A stretch of DNA of 36,747 bases from Eubacteriales bacterium (GCA_045656965.1 JAZOSE010000097.1:1-36747); one strand, 5' to 3'. Positions 1 through 9,227 are shown, numbered from the stretch's first letter. A program made the numbers and translations. The notes: a model not told the origin generated them from the sequence alone.

Positions 1-1
1 T

Positions 2-154
2 GAAAACAGACGCGCAGAGAGAGATTTCAGCGTTTTCGTGCTTTTCCGCATTTACGGCGACCTTGAGACCTGCCACAAGGAGCTTCGCAATTACGAGGCG
101 GCGTACAGATACAGCTCAAAACGACTGTCGCTTCTTTCGGCGTTCAAGGCTTGA
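2..154 (+). CDS. 3' end of a gene cut by the window edge; helical TPR-like C-terminus (possibly XRE/TPR regulator)
   Basis: Open frame from base 2: ENRRAERDFSVFVLFRIYGDLETCHKELRNYEAAYRYSSKRLSLLSAFKA* ending TGA 152-154, followed by a terminator. Confidence 0.6.
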   Translation, partial: ENRRAERDFSVFVLFRIYGDLETCHKELRNYEAAYRYSSKRLSLLSAFKA

Positions 155-163
155 TCGCACGCG

Positions 164-200
164 AAAAAAGAGAGAGTTTCTCTCTCTTTTTTTCTTTTTT
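164..200 (+). terminator. Rho-independent terminator
   Basis: aaaaaagagagag-ttt-ctctctctttttt hairpin followed by T tract. Confidence 0.75.
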
Positions 201-203
201 CTC

Positions 204-231
204 TTGACTTTTCTATGCTTCCTGCTATAAT
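204..231 (+). promoter_or_regulatory. sigmaA promoter of MarR-ABC operon
   Basis: TTGACT(204-209)-16 bp-TATAAT(226-231) with extended -10 TG. Confidence 0.75.
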
Positions 232-265
232 AGTTAATGTGTTAACGATTAACATATTAACTATT
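229..265. promoter_or_regulatory. Probable MarR operator (37-bp inverted repeat)
   Basis: aatagttaatgtgttaa-cga-ttaacatattaactatt, 16/17 matching arms, overlapping -10/+1. Confidence 0.7.
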
Positions 266-294
266 CTTTTTTATATAATAAAAGGAGTTTGCTT

Positions 295-762
295 ATGGAA
301 AAAGAGCAAAGAGACACTCTCCCCTTGCGCAAGGCAAACCTTGCGATAGGAAAAGCGATGCGCCTTCACCACCGCATATGCGAAAGAAGGCTCGCCGAGC
401 TTCCCATTCACCGCTCTCAGCATATGCTGCTTATGCGCATATCGAAGGAGGGCTCTCTTCCCTCACAAAGAGAGCTTGCCGCGCAAATGGAGATCAGTCC
501 AGCGGCGGTCGCCGTTGCGCTCAAGCGATTAGAGTCCGACGGATACATAGAACGGCTTCCCGACGCAAGCGACTCACGCGTAAACGCCATTTCGATCACG
601 GAGGCGGGGCGCGCTATCGTTACGGAGTCACGCCGCATTTTTGATGAGCTTGACCGCGAGGCGTTTGCCGATATAGACGAATGCGAAACGCGCGCTTTGA
701 CGGCGGCGCTTGAAAAGCTATGTAATAATCTACAAAAAATGGTAGAGGAGGAGAAAAAATGA
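295..762 (+). CDS. MarR family transcriptional regulator
   Basis: wHTH SQRELAAQMEISPAAVAVALKRLESDGYIER..D.R; RBS AAGGAG 282-287 favours ATG 295. Confidence 0.9.
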   Translation: MEKEQRDTLPLRKANLAIGKAMRLHHRICERRLAELPIHRSQHMLLMRISKEGSLPSQRELAAQMEISPAAVAVALKRLESDGYIERLPDASDSRVNAISITEAGRAIVTESRRIFDELDREAFADIDECETRALTAALEKLCNNLQKMVEEEKK

Positions 763-2501
763 AACGATGGATGCGCTATGTGCGCCCGTATTTACCCTTT
801 TTCATTATAGGTCCTATCTGTATGATCGTAGAGGTAATAGGCGAGGTCGTAATGCCGCAGTTTCTTTCCGTTATCATCAACGGTGCCGCAGAGGGCAGCT
901 TAACGAGCGGCATCAGCCTTTTGACGATGGGCGGTATGGTGCTTACGGCACTTATTATGATGGCGGGCGGTATTGGCGGCGCTTATTTCGGTGCGAAGGC
1001 ATCGGTCAATTTTGCGGCGGATCTGCGCGCCGATCTATACAAAAAGGTACAGTCCTTTACCTTCTCCAACATTGATAAATTTTCAACGGGCTCTCTCGTT
1101 ACGCGACTCACCAACGACGTTACGCAGCTTCAAAACTTTGTCAATATGCTTTTGCGTATGGCTCTGCGCGCGCCCGGAATGATGATAGCGGCGCTCATTA
1201 TGGCGATTTTGACAAAGCCGTCGCTTTCGGTCGTTTTTGCCGTTTCTATCCCTGCTATGCTGATCGCTATCAGCTGCATTATTTTAACGGGCTTCCCCCG
1301 TTTTGCAAGAATGCAGACCAAAATCGACGCTTTAAACAACACCGTGCAAGAAAACATCACCAACGTGCGCGTGGTAAAATCCTTCGTGCGCGAGGACGAG
1401 GAGTGCGCGAAATTCAGCGCGGCAAACGGAGAGCTTAAAAACGCGGGCGTGCGCGCTATGAAGGTAGTCATCTTTATGCACCCCGTGATGACCTTTTTCA
1501 CCTATGCGACGACAATTGCCGTAATCTGGCTTGGCGGTAAAACGGTGCTTAGCGGCTCTATGCCCGTTGGCGACCTTTCAAAGTTTTTGGTATACGTCAC
1601 CCAAATTCTCACCTCTCTTATGATGATGACGATGCTTCTTATGACCACCTCTCGCGCGATGGCATCCGCAAAGCGTATTTGCGAGGTGCTTGACGAGGAG
1701 CCAGGTTTTTCGGACAACGGCGCCCGTTTTCCCGAAAAGAAGGTTGAGGCAGGCGCGATCGAATTTCGCGGTGTTTCCTTCCGCTACTACAAAAATAGCG
1801 AGGAGCGCGTTTTAGATGATATTTCCCTCTCCATTCCTGCGGGAAGCACCGTGGGCATTATCGGCTCGACGGGATGCGGAAAATCCACCTTGATCTCTAT
1901 GATCCCCCGCTTATACGAGGCAGACGAGGGAGATATTCTCATAGACGGCGTGAGCGTGCGCGACTATTCCTTGAAGAATTTGCGCGACAGCATCGGCGTT
2001 GTGTTGCAAAAGAACACGTTGTTTTCGGGCAGTATCGCGGAAAATCTCCGTTGGGGCGACGGCGAAGCAACCGACGAAGAGCTTGAAGCCGCCGCAAGAA
2101 GCGCGCAGGCTGAAAAATTCATTCGCACCTTCCCTCTTGGCTACGACTCTCCTATCGAGCAAGGCGGCGCCAACGTTTCGGGAGGACAGAAGCAGCGCCT
2201 TTGCATCGCACGCGCACTTCTTAAAAAGCCGAAGATACTAATTCTTGACGACTCTACCTCGGCGGTGGACACCGCAACCGAGGCGCAGATACGCCGCGCC
2301 TTCCGCGAGGATATCCCAAGCTCTACCAAGCTGATCATCGCTCAGCGTATCAGCTCTGTTATGGAGGCGGATATGATCGTGGTTATGAACGAAGGAAAGA
2401 TCACCGGCGTTGGCAAGCACGAGGAGCTTTTAGAAAGCAACGCGGAATATAAGGAGATATACGAATCTCAAACATCCTTAAAGAACGAAGGGAGGGCGTA
2501 A
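759..2501 (+). CDS. Heterodimeric ABC exporter subunit 1 (TMD+NBD; TM287-like)
   Basis: Walker A GSTGCGKS, signature VSGGQ, degenerate Walker B ILILDD and switch IIAQR. Confidence 0.93.
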   Translation: MKRWMRYVRPYLPFFIIGPICMIVEVIGEVVMPQFLSVIINGAAEGSLTSGISLLTMGGMVLTALIMMAGGIGGAYFGAKASVNFAADLRADLYKKVQSFTFSNIDKFSTGSLVTRLTNDVTQLQNFVNMLLRMALRAPGMMIAALIMAILTKPSLSVVFAVSIPAMLIAISCIILTGFPRFARMQTKIDALNNTVQENITNVRVVKSFVREDEECAKFSAANGELKNAGVRAMKVVIFMHPVMTFFTYATTIAVIWLGGKTVLSGSMPVGDLSKFLVYVTQILTSLMMMTMLLMTTSRAMASAKRICEVLDEEPGFSDNGARFPEKKVEAGAIEFRGVSFRYYKNSEERVLDDISLSIPAGSTVGIIGSTGCGKSTLISMIPRLYEADEGDILIDGVSVRDYSLKNLRDSIGVVLQKNTLFSGSIAENLRWGDGEATDEELEAAARSAQAEKFIRTFPLGYDSPIEQGGANVSGGQKQRLCIARALLKKPKILILDDSTSAVDTATEAQIRRAFREDIPSSTKLIIAQRISSVMEADMIVVMNEGKITGVGKHEELLESNAEYKEIYESQTSLKNEGRA

Positions 2502-2504
2502 AAG

Positions 2505-4490
2505 ATGGCAAGAGATCTTGAAAAATTAAGACGCGAATACAGCCGTGCACCGAAGGGCGAAAAGCGCGGCGGAATGCCATTAGGACCAAGACGCGGTCCC
2601 GGCGGTCCCGGCGGCCCCGGTGGTCCCCGCCCCCACGGAAAGCCTAAAAATGCGGGCGCGACGGTAAAGCGCCTTTGGAACTACGTTTCGGCATATAAGG
2701 GACGGCTTCTTCTCGTTCTTCTTTGTATGCTTCTTTCCACTGTGACCTCGCTTGTCGGCGGCTATATGACGGCACCTATCATCAACCGCATAACGCTTGC
2801 CGTAAAGCCTGACGCCGAGCTTAAATACAGTGCGCTTGAGCGCGCCGCTGACGGTGTGATCGAGCGACTGACAGACCCCCTCATCTCGCTTTTGGGGATA
2901 AACACCCTTTCCGTTGTGCTTACTTATATTCTTTGCGCTCTGATCATACTCGGCGCGGTATATCTGACGGGACTTTTATCCACCTACCTTCAAAGCCGCA
3001 TTATGCTCTCGGTTTCCCAAGGCGCGACGCAAAAAATAAGAAACGATCTGTTTTCGAAAATGCAGCGGCTCCCCGTGAAATATTTTGACGCGAACCCCAC
3101 AGGTGAGCTGATGAGCCGCTATACCAACGATATCGACAATATCGACGTGATGCTCAACAACTCCTTGACCTCTATCGTTTCGGGCATTATCACGCTCATC
3201 GGCACCTTTACCTTTATGGTTTCCACAAACTGGATACTTGCTATCGTTACCGTTGTTTTTATTCCCGTTTTCGCCAAGGGCGGTGCGCTGATCGCCAAGC
3301 GCTCCTCTAAATATTACGGCGCGCAGCAGTCTGCACTCGGCGCGGTAAACGGCTATATGGAGGAGACGGTGACGGGGCAAAAGATCATCAAGGTCTTTAA
3401 CCACGAGGACGAGTGCGTAGAGGAGTTTTCACTTTTAAACGACGATATGCGCGATAAGCAATTTAAGGCACAGTTCTACGGCGGCATTATGGGTCCGATT
3501 ATGGGAAACACCTCGCAGATCTCCTATGGCATTACGGTGGGTCTTGGCGGCATTCTTATGTGCGCAGGCAAGCTTTCCACCGGTGGCCTTACCGTTTTTG
3601 CGGGATACACCCGACAGTTTTCCATGCCGATCAATATGCTTTCGATGCAGACCTCCACCATTTTTGCCGCCTTGGCGGGTGCGGAGCGCGTGTTCGCAGT
3701 GATGGATACGCCGCCCGAGGAGGCTGACAGCGCGAACGCTGTGGGTGGCGAGGGCATCAAGGGACACGTGGAAATGCACGGCGTTACCTTTGGCTACACA
3801 CCCGAAAAAACGGTTTTAAAAAACGTTTCGCTTTACGCAAAGCCGGGACAGAAGATCGCCTTCGTTGGCTCAACGGGTGCGGGAAAGACCACGGTTACCA
3901 ACCTTTTAAACCGCTTTTATGATATAGAGGAAGGCTCTGTCACCATCGACGGCGTAAGCATCAAGGACTATAAGCGCGAGGATTTAAGAAAGAACATCGC
4001 GATGGTGCTTCAAGACACCCATCTTTTTACGGGAACGGTGATGGAGAACATCAGATACGGCAGACCCGACGCTACGGATGAGGAGGTTATTGCCGCGGCA
4101 AAAACCGCCTCGGCGCACAGCTTCATTATGCGTCTTTCCGACGGATACGCCACGATGCTCACAGGTGACGGCGCCAACCTTTCGCAAGGTCAGCGACAGC
4201 TCTTGAACATTGCCCGCGCCGCCCTCTCGCACGCGCCTATACTCGTTCTCGACGAGGCGACAAGCTCGGTTGACACGCGCACCGAGCGCCACATAGAGCA
4301 CGGTATGGACAGCCTGATGAAGAACAGAACAACCTTCGTTATCGCGCACCGACTCTCTACCGTGCGCAACGCCAACGCCATTATGGTGCTTGAGGCGGGA
4401 GAGATCATAGAGCGCGGTACGCACGACGAGCTTCTGGCTCTAAGGGGGCGCTACTACGAGCTTTATATGGGTATAACGGAGCTTGCCTAA
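2505..4490 (+). CDS. Heterodimeric ABC exporter subunit 2 (TM288-like)
   Basis: Walker A GSTGAGKT, LSQGQ signature, canonical VLDE and IAHR; Gly/Pro-rich N-terminus. Confidence 0.93.
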   Translation: MARDLEKLRREYSRAPKGEKRGGMPLGPRRGPGGPGGPGGPRPHGKPKNAGATVKRLWNYVSAYKGRLLLVLLCMLLSTVTSLVGGYMTAPIINRITLAVKPDAELKYSALERAADGVIERLTDPLISLLGINTLSVVLTYILCALIILGAVYLTGLLSTYLQSRIMLSVSQGATQKIRNDLFSKMQRLPVKYFDANPTGELMSRYTNDIDNIDVMLNNSLTSIVSGIITLIGTFTFMVSTNWILAIVTVVFIPVFAKGGALIAKRSSKYYGAQQSALGAVNGYMEETVTGQKIIKVFNHEDECVEEFSLLNDDMRDKQFKAQFYGGIMGPIMGNTSQISYGITVGLGGILMCAGKLSTGGLTVFAGYTRQFSMPINMLSMQTSTIFAALAGAERVFAVMDTPPEEADSANAVGGEGIKGHVEMHGVTFGYTPEKTVLKNVSLYAKPGQKIAFVGSTGAGKTTVTNLLNRFYDIEEGSVTIDGVSIKDYKREDLRKNIAMVLQDTHLFTGTVMENIRYGRPDATDEEVIAAAKTASAHSFIMRLSDGYATMLTGDGANLSQGQRQLLNIARAALSHAPILVLDEATSSVDTRTERHIEHGMDSLMKNRTTFVIAHRLSTVRNANAIMVLEAGEIIERGTHDELLALRGRYYELYMGITELA

Positions 4491-4492
4491 AG

Positions 4493-4530
4493 AAAGAAGC
4501 GAATGCTCGCGCATTCGCTTCTTTTTATTT
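4493..4530. terminator. Bidirectional terminator
   Basis: aaagaagcgaatgc-tcgc-gcattcgcttcttt between convergent genes. Confidence 0.85.
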
Positions 4531-4534
4531 GTTT

Positions 4535-4825
4535 TTACGCCTGAAAGGAAAGCTCCTTTAAGACGAAGGCAAGAGATGCCGAGGCATCGGCAAGCGTTGC
4601 TCTTTCGATCTTTTCGCCGCTTTTTGCTTTGTTCGTGAAATAGAGAAGCTCGTTATAGTAGCCGCCAAGGTCGGAAATGTTGCCGCTTGCATAGCCTTCG
4701 CCGACAAGCTCTGCCTTTTCGATCTTGATCTCGTGTGCGCCCGTGTCCTCGTAGCACATAAGCTTTCCGCCTGCGCTTTCCAGCGTTCCCTCGGGAAACG
4801 ACCAGATATTAATGCCCTTTTTCAT
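4535..4825 (-). pseudogene. Chimeric 96-aa remnant: sugar-phosphate isomerase/epimerase N-terminus fused in frame to Gfo/Idh/MocA-like oxidoreductase C-terminus
   Basis: Starts MKKGINIWSFPEGTL (AP_endonuc_2-type start; RBS AAGGAGA) and ends GNISDLGGYYNELLYF...ATLADASASLAFVLKEL (Gfo/Idh/MocA tail); far too short for either family. Confidence 0.6.
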
Positions 4826-4887
4826 GCTTTTCTCCTTTGCGGTTTTCTTTTTCACAGTATATAAAGACGTAGATACTGTATATGTTA

Positions 4888-4916
4888 ATTTTATCATAGG
4901 GCACACGCATGCGCAA
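4888..4916 (-). promoter_or_regulatory. sigmaA-like promoter of former sugar operon
   Basis: minus strand TTGCGC-17 bp-TAAAAT with extended -10 TG. Confidence 0.55.
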
Positions 4917-4994
4917 GTGAAGCGATTGCGCAAAAAGATACCGCATTTTGGGATTTTGCTTCACATCGGATGCAATGCCAAAAGGCATACAAAA

Positions 4995-5025
4995 CAAAAA
5001 ACTCACGCATAGCGTGAGTTTTTTG
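4995..5025 (-). terminator. Terminator after PfkB-like remnant
   Basis: perfect 14-bp stem caaaaaactcacgc-ata-gcgtgagttttttg. Confidence 0.8.
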
Positions 5026-5034
5026 CAATACGGT

Positions 5035-5190
5035 TTATCGAGTAAATTTGCCGATGTTTTCAAGCAAAAGCTTCTCCTCTAATATACCGCTCGTAGCATC
5101 GGGCGCGGTAAGAGACGCCACAGCCGCCGCCTCGGCAAGAAGAAGAAGTTTTTCGGAGGAGTAGCCCTTCAAAATACCGATCAGCGCTCC
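5035..5190 (-). pseudogene. C-terminal remnant of PfkB family carbohydrate kinase
   Basis: GALIGILKGYSSEKLLLLAEAAAVASLTAPDATSG resembles the segment after the PfkB GAGDAF motif; upstream part missing. Confidence 0.6.
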
Positions 5191-5629
5191 CTTCGGCAGT
5201 AGCCAGATGACCAAGAACCTTCTTGAGATCTTCCTCATCCGCTTGCACAGAAACACCGCCGTATCCACCAAAAAGAGCCGCTATCATTACAAGGTGGGCG
5301 GTGTAGATATTCCTTACCCCGTCAAGGAGATCGTGGACCTACTTGAAAAGAACGTGTACGGATCGCTCTCGGTAAAGGATATCGCACAAAGGCTCGGAAA
5401 AAGCGAGAGCACCGTTAAAAATCTTTTTTCGCTATACAAAAGCGGTGGCATTATGAGATACTACAACTACTTAAAGATCGAGGAGGCTAAACGTCTCATT
5501 CGCGAGGGCAACTGCAATTTCGGTCAGATCGCGATGCTTTTGCAGTTTGATACTCCGCAGTATTTTTCCATATGCTTTAAAAAATTCGTGCATATGTCTC
5601 CCCAAGAATATAAAAAGTCCATTATTTAA
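5186..5629 (+). pseudogene. 5'-truncated AraC family regulator (HTH domain only)
   Basis: Double HTH ...KIEEAKRLI...QFDTPQYFSICFKKFVHMSPQEYKK; frame begins APFGSSQMTKNLLEIFLI (linker); no sensor domain, RBS or promoter before ATG 5207. Confidence 0.7.
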
Positions 5630-5633
5630 GGCG

Positions 5634-5669
5634 AAAGCGGCAGGGAAAATACTTCCTGCCGCTTTTTTG
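5634..5669 (+). terminator. Rho-independent terminator
   Basis: aaagcggcagg...cctgccgcttt + T tract. Confidence 0.8.
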
Positions 5670-5679
5670 TTTTTCCTAC

Positions 5680-5708
5680 TTGACATTTTCTCAAAGAAGT
5701 GATAAAAT
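5680..5708 (+). promoter_or_regulatory. sigmaA promoter of TetR-ABC operon
   Basis: TTGACA-17 bp-TAAAAT with TG extension. Confidence 0.8.
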
Positions 5709-5734
5709 AACAATTGATATATAACAAATGATAT
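5707..5734. promoter_or_regulatory. Tandem probable TetR operators
   Basis: ataacaattgatat / ataacaaatgatat, adjacent 14-bp imperfect palindromes over -10/+1. Confidence 0.6.
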
Positions 5735-5750
5735 ATTATGGAGGTAGGCT

Positions 5751-6320
5751 ATGCCGCCAAAGGTCAAGGTTGCAAAAAAAGATATTATTGCCGCGGCGCT
5801 CGACGCGGTAAGGAAGGAAGGAGAGGGCGGCATCAACGCGCGCGCGATCGCCTCGGTCCTTGGCTGCTCTACCCAGCCCGTTTTTTCCAATTTTTTCTCC
5901 ATGGAGGAGTTGAAGGAGCAGACGGCGAAATCCGCCTACGAGATATACGAGGGCTTTATAAGACGCGAGGTGGAGAACGGAAAATATCCACCCTACAAAT
6001 CCTTCGGTATGGCTTATATTTCCTTTGCCAAGGAAGAAAAGGAGCTTTTCAAGCTTCTCTTTATGTGCGACAGAAGTGAAAAAAGCTTTACGCCGACGGG
6101 CGACTTTGTCGCCTCTGTGGAAATGATCATGCAAGCGAACGGCATCTCAAAAGAGACAGCGGAGCTGATGCATCTTGAAATGTGGACCTTTGTGCACGGT
6201 ATCGGCACAATGCTGGCTACCTCGTTTCTATCTCTTGAGGACGAGCTGATCAGCCGCATGATGTCGGACGTATATCATGGCATCCGTGCAAAGCATATAG
6301 CGGAGGAAAAGGAAAAATGA
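5751..6320 (+). CDS. TetR/AcrR regulator with WHG-type C-terminal domain
   Basis: N-terminal HTH ARAIASVLGCSTQPVFSNF; MWTFVHGI motif; RBS GGAGGT. Confidence 0.9.
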   Translation: MPPKVKVAKKDIIAAALDAVRKEGEGGINARAIASVLGCSTQPVFSNFFSMEELKEQTAKSAYEIYEGFIRREVENGKYPPYKSFGMAYISFAKEEKELFKLLFMCDRSEKSFTPTGDFVASVEMIMQANGISKETAELMHLEMWTFVHGIGTMLATSFLSLEDELISRMMSDVYHGIRAKHIAEEKEK

Positions 6321-7045
6321 CAGCTATTAAAATAGAAAATCTCACAAAACGATACCGTAATATCGTTGCCGTGGATAAGCTTTCTTTATCTATTGAGGAA
6401 GGCGAGCTTTTCTCCTTGCTCGGCGTGAACGGTGCGGGAAAAACGACAACTATAAAAATGCTTTCCTGCCTTACTGTGCCCACAGAGGGTGACGCCCTTC
6501 TTCTTGGAAAAAGCATCGTAAAGGAGAGCGGCGAGGTGAAGAGGCTGATTGCCGTTTCTCCACAGGAAACGGCGGTGGCACCCTTGCTTTCGGCAGAGGA
6601 AAATCTTGCGCTGATCTGTGGCTTGCACGGCTTTTCAAAGGAAAAGTGCGAGGAAAAGATCCGCGAGCTGACCGAGCTTTTGGGGCTTAGGGACATTTTA
6701 AAAAGAAAGGCGGGCAAGCTCTCGGGCGGCTGGCAAAGGAGACTGAGCATCGCGATGGCGCTCATCAGTGAGCCGAAAATTCTTTTCCTTGACGAGCCGA
6801 CCCTTGGTCTTGACGTCATCGCGCGAAGCGATCTTTGGGACATTATTCGCTCCTTGAAAGGAAAGGTCACCATCATTTTAACGACCCACTATATGGAGGA
6901 GGCAGAGGCACTTTCCGACCGCATTGGCATTATGAGGGACGGACGGCTCCTTCTCGCTGACACGGCGGAAAGCATCAAGAAAACCGCAAAAACGGACAGC
7001 TTTGAGGAAGCGTTCGTTCGCATAGTAAAGGGGGTGGCGAAATGA
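6317..7045 (+). CDS. ABC transporter ATP-binding protein (DrrA-like)
   Basis: GVNGAGKT, LSGGW, LFLDEPT, TTHY. Confidence 0.93.
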   Translation: MTAIKIENLTKRYRNIVAVDKLSLSIEEGELFSLLGVNGAGKTTTIKMLSCLTVPTEGDALLLGKSIVKESGEVKRLIAVSPQETAVAPLLSAEENLALICGLHGFSKEKCEEKIRELTELLGLRDILKRKAGKLSGGWQRRLSIAMALISEPKILFLDEPTLGLDVIARSDLWDIIRSLKGKVTIILTTHYMEEAEALSDRIGIMRDGRLLLADTAESIKKTAKTDSFEEAFVRIVKGVAK

Positions 7046-7773
7046 AAATGCTCTCCTTCGCAAAAAGAAACGCCAAGGAAATTCTGCGCGATCCCTTAAC
7101 CCTTCTTTTCGGGTTAGGCTTTCCTCTCGTTTTGATCCTCCTTCTTTCCGCAATACAGGCAAGCATCCCCGTTCCGCTCTTTGAAATACAGCACCTAACG
7201 CCGGGCATTACGGTCTTTGGGCTTTCCTTTATGACGCTCTTTTCGGCAACGCTGATCGCCAAGGACAGAGGCTCCTCTTTCCTGCAAAGACTGTACACAA
7301 CGCCGCTTTCGCCCTTGGATTTTATTCTCGGATACACGCTTCCGATCCTTCCTATCGCAGCGCTTCAATGCGTGATCACCTACGCTGTGGCGATCGTTTT
7401 GGGGCTCCCTGTCACGGTAAATATTCTTTTTGCCGTTCTTTTTATCCTCCCCGCATCCTTTCTCTTTATCGGGCTCGGTCTTCTTTTCGGAAGCATTCTT
7501 TCCGACAAGCAGGTGGGCGGTATTTGCGGTGCGCTTTTGACCAACCTTTCAGCTTGGCTTTCCGGCACCTGGTTTGACTTATCGCTTGTGGGCGGTGCGT
7601 TTGAGAAAATGGCTTACGCGCTTCCCTTCGTTCACGCGGTGGAGCTTGAAAGAGCTGTTCTTTCAAGCGGCTGGGGCGACATACTTCCGCATCTTCTTTG
7701 GGTGCTTGGCTACGGGGTTGCCGCGCTTATTCTCTCGGTGCTTCTCTTCCTAAGACAAATGAAGAGGGTATAG
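7042..7773 (+). CDS. ABC-2 type permease
   Basis: EILRDP start, about 6 TM segments, coupled to ATPase gene. Confidence 0.9.
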   Translation: MKMLSFAKRNAKEILRDPLTLLFGLGFPLVLILLLSAIQASIPVPLFEIQHLTPGITVFGLSFMTLFSATLIAKDRGSSFLQRLYTTPLSPLDFILGYTLPILPIAALQCVITYAVAIVLGLPVTVNILFAVLFILPASFLFIGLGLLFGSILSDKQVGGICGALLTNLSAWLSGTWFDLSLVGGAFEKMAYALPFVHAVELERAVLSSGWGDILPHLLWVLGYGVAALILSVLLFLRQMKRV

Positions 7774-7776
7774 TTA

Positions 7777-7809
7777 AAAAACGGTATGACCGAAAGTCAT
7801 ACCGTTTTT
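7777..7809. terminator. Bidirectional terminator
   Basis: aaaaacggtatgac-cgaaa-gtcataccgttttt overlapping stop of convergent gene. Confidence 0.85.
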
Positions 7810-8372
7810 CTTTTTTCTTCCTTCCGCTTTAAGCGCGCGTAAAGGCTTAAAAGCCTTGGCGTGTTGTAGCGCAAAATGACAGTGGGAAGGATATTGAGAT
7901 ATAGGTTGATAAGCGCAACAGGAAGCGCAACTGTCAAGGCACAAGCGTTCGGGTAGGCGAGCATCGTTAAAAAGCCTGCGATATACCCGAGCCTATGTGT
8001 TAAAACGCCCTTATGGCTTTCGGTAAGGAAGCGCTCGACGTACGCCGCCGAGAGCGGCTCGTTTAAATTCTTTTTACTGAATCCGCCGATGCCGCCCAGC
8101 TCCCAGACCTTATCCTTCCATTTTTTTACGCCGATTCTTTCGTAAAGACGCACAGCGCGCGAAGAAACGCGATAGCGTGGGCTTTCGGCGGGAAAAAGGC
8201 GACTTGGAAGAATATGCACAAGATACGCAATCAATCCGTCGAGCGCAAAGGCAAGAAGCGTGCAAAAAACGGAGGCGACGATCGCGTAGAGGGGGGAGGC
8301 AACTTCAAAGAGGATATTGAAGAAGGCAATCAGCCCTGTGCCCGCGCCCATAACGGTCAAATAAAACGCCAT
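7797..8372 (-). CDS. CrtO-like (glycosyl-4,4'-diaponeurosporenoate acyltransferase family) membrane protein
   Basis: YERIGVKKWKD, FSKKNL, YVERFLTES..G..H, N..P..ILRYNTPRL pattern characteristic of CrtO family. Confidence 0.65.
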   Translation of the reverse strand: MAFYLTVMGAGTGLIAFFNILFEVASPLYAIVASVFCTLLAFALDGLIAYLVHILPSRLFPAESPRYRVSSRAVRLYERIGVKKWKDKVWELGGIGGFSKKNLNEPLSAAYVERFLTESHKGVLTHRLGYIAGFLTMLAYPNACALTVALPVALINLYLNILPTVILRYNTPRLLSLYARLKRKEEKRKTV

Positions 8373-8384
8373 AGCGGTCTCCTT

Positions 8385-9227
8385 TTAAAAGTTGTCCTTG
8401 GTATAGTCGAGAGGAATGCCGTAATATTCCTCATAGCATTTTACCCACGCCGCATAATTCTCTTCCATCATTTTGGCTTTGGCAAGGTGGGAGGGCATGG
8501 ATGGGTCGGGATATATGGCGGGAAGAATGTTGACGGTATATTTTTGAACGGGAAATCCGTCGCCGTCGAGCGTGTCGGAGTCGCGCATCGTGATGAACAC
8601 AGGCACGACGGGTACGCGATTGCGGACGGCTAAAAGAAAGGCACCGTCTTGCATCGGCTTTGGCTTTCGGTAATTATACCACATTCCCTGCTCGGGATAA
8701 ATCAGAATGCTCTCGCCACGCGAAAGGAGCGTTTTGACCGCGCCCATAAATTTCTTCATGGTGGGAAGCTGTGAGGATAGCGGCAGGGTGTTGCAGTTTT
8801 TCATAATAAAGCCATAGGGCTTGGGGGGATTGGTGTAATTCCCTTCTCTTATGACCTTATAAAGCATTCTACCGTCCATATAGGGACGAAGCGTGCGCCA
8901 AACGGCGTAGTTATCGCAAGGGCTGAAATGGTTACAGGTGATAAGCCTTCCGCCCGAAACGGCGGTAAAATTCTCGATGCCCTTTACGTCTTCAATGATA
9001 AACTGACCGTTTTTTATCATTTTTTCAAAGAAGCGCGTACCTGCTTTGTTGGCAAAGTAGGTTTTTATACGGCTTGAAAGCTTCTTTCCAAGGTAATCCA
9101 CCTTCTCGGGATAAAGGGGATAGGTTTCGGGGTCATCGTTGGCATCAACGTGCCAAAGCTCTGATTTTTCAAGCTCGCGGATACGCTCTACCAGCGCAAG
9201 TCGCGCGGGATTTTTTCCGTTTTCCAT
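8385..9227 (-). CDS. PlsC-like lysophospholipid acyltransferase
   Basis: HX4D motif NHFSPCD, IYPEQG, VPVVPVFI. Confidence 0.85.
   Translation of the reverse strand: MENGKNPARLALVERIRELEKSELWHVDANDDPETYPLYPEKVDYLGKKLSSRIKTYFANKAGTRFFEKMIKNGQFIIEDVKGIENFTAVSGGRLITCNHFSPCDNYAVWRTLRPYMDGRMLYKVIREGNYTNPPKPYGFIMKNCNTLPLSSQLPTMKKFMGAVKTLLSRGESILIYPEQGMWYNYRKPKPMQDGAFLLAVRNRVPVVPVFITMRDSDTLDGDGFPVQKYTVNILPAIYPDPSMPSHLAKAKMMEENYAAWVKCYEEYYGIPLDYTKDNF

Noticed and set aside
2594-2630. ggtcccggc tandem repeats
   Set aside because: Encodes a GPG low-complexity N-terminus common in this ABC subfamily; not CRISPR or a contingency locus
759-4490. Degenerate catalytic motifs (LDD, AQR, LSQGQ) in the ABC pair
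   Set aside because: Normal asymmetry of TM287/288-type heterodimers
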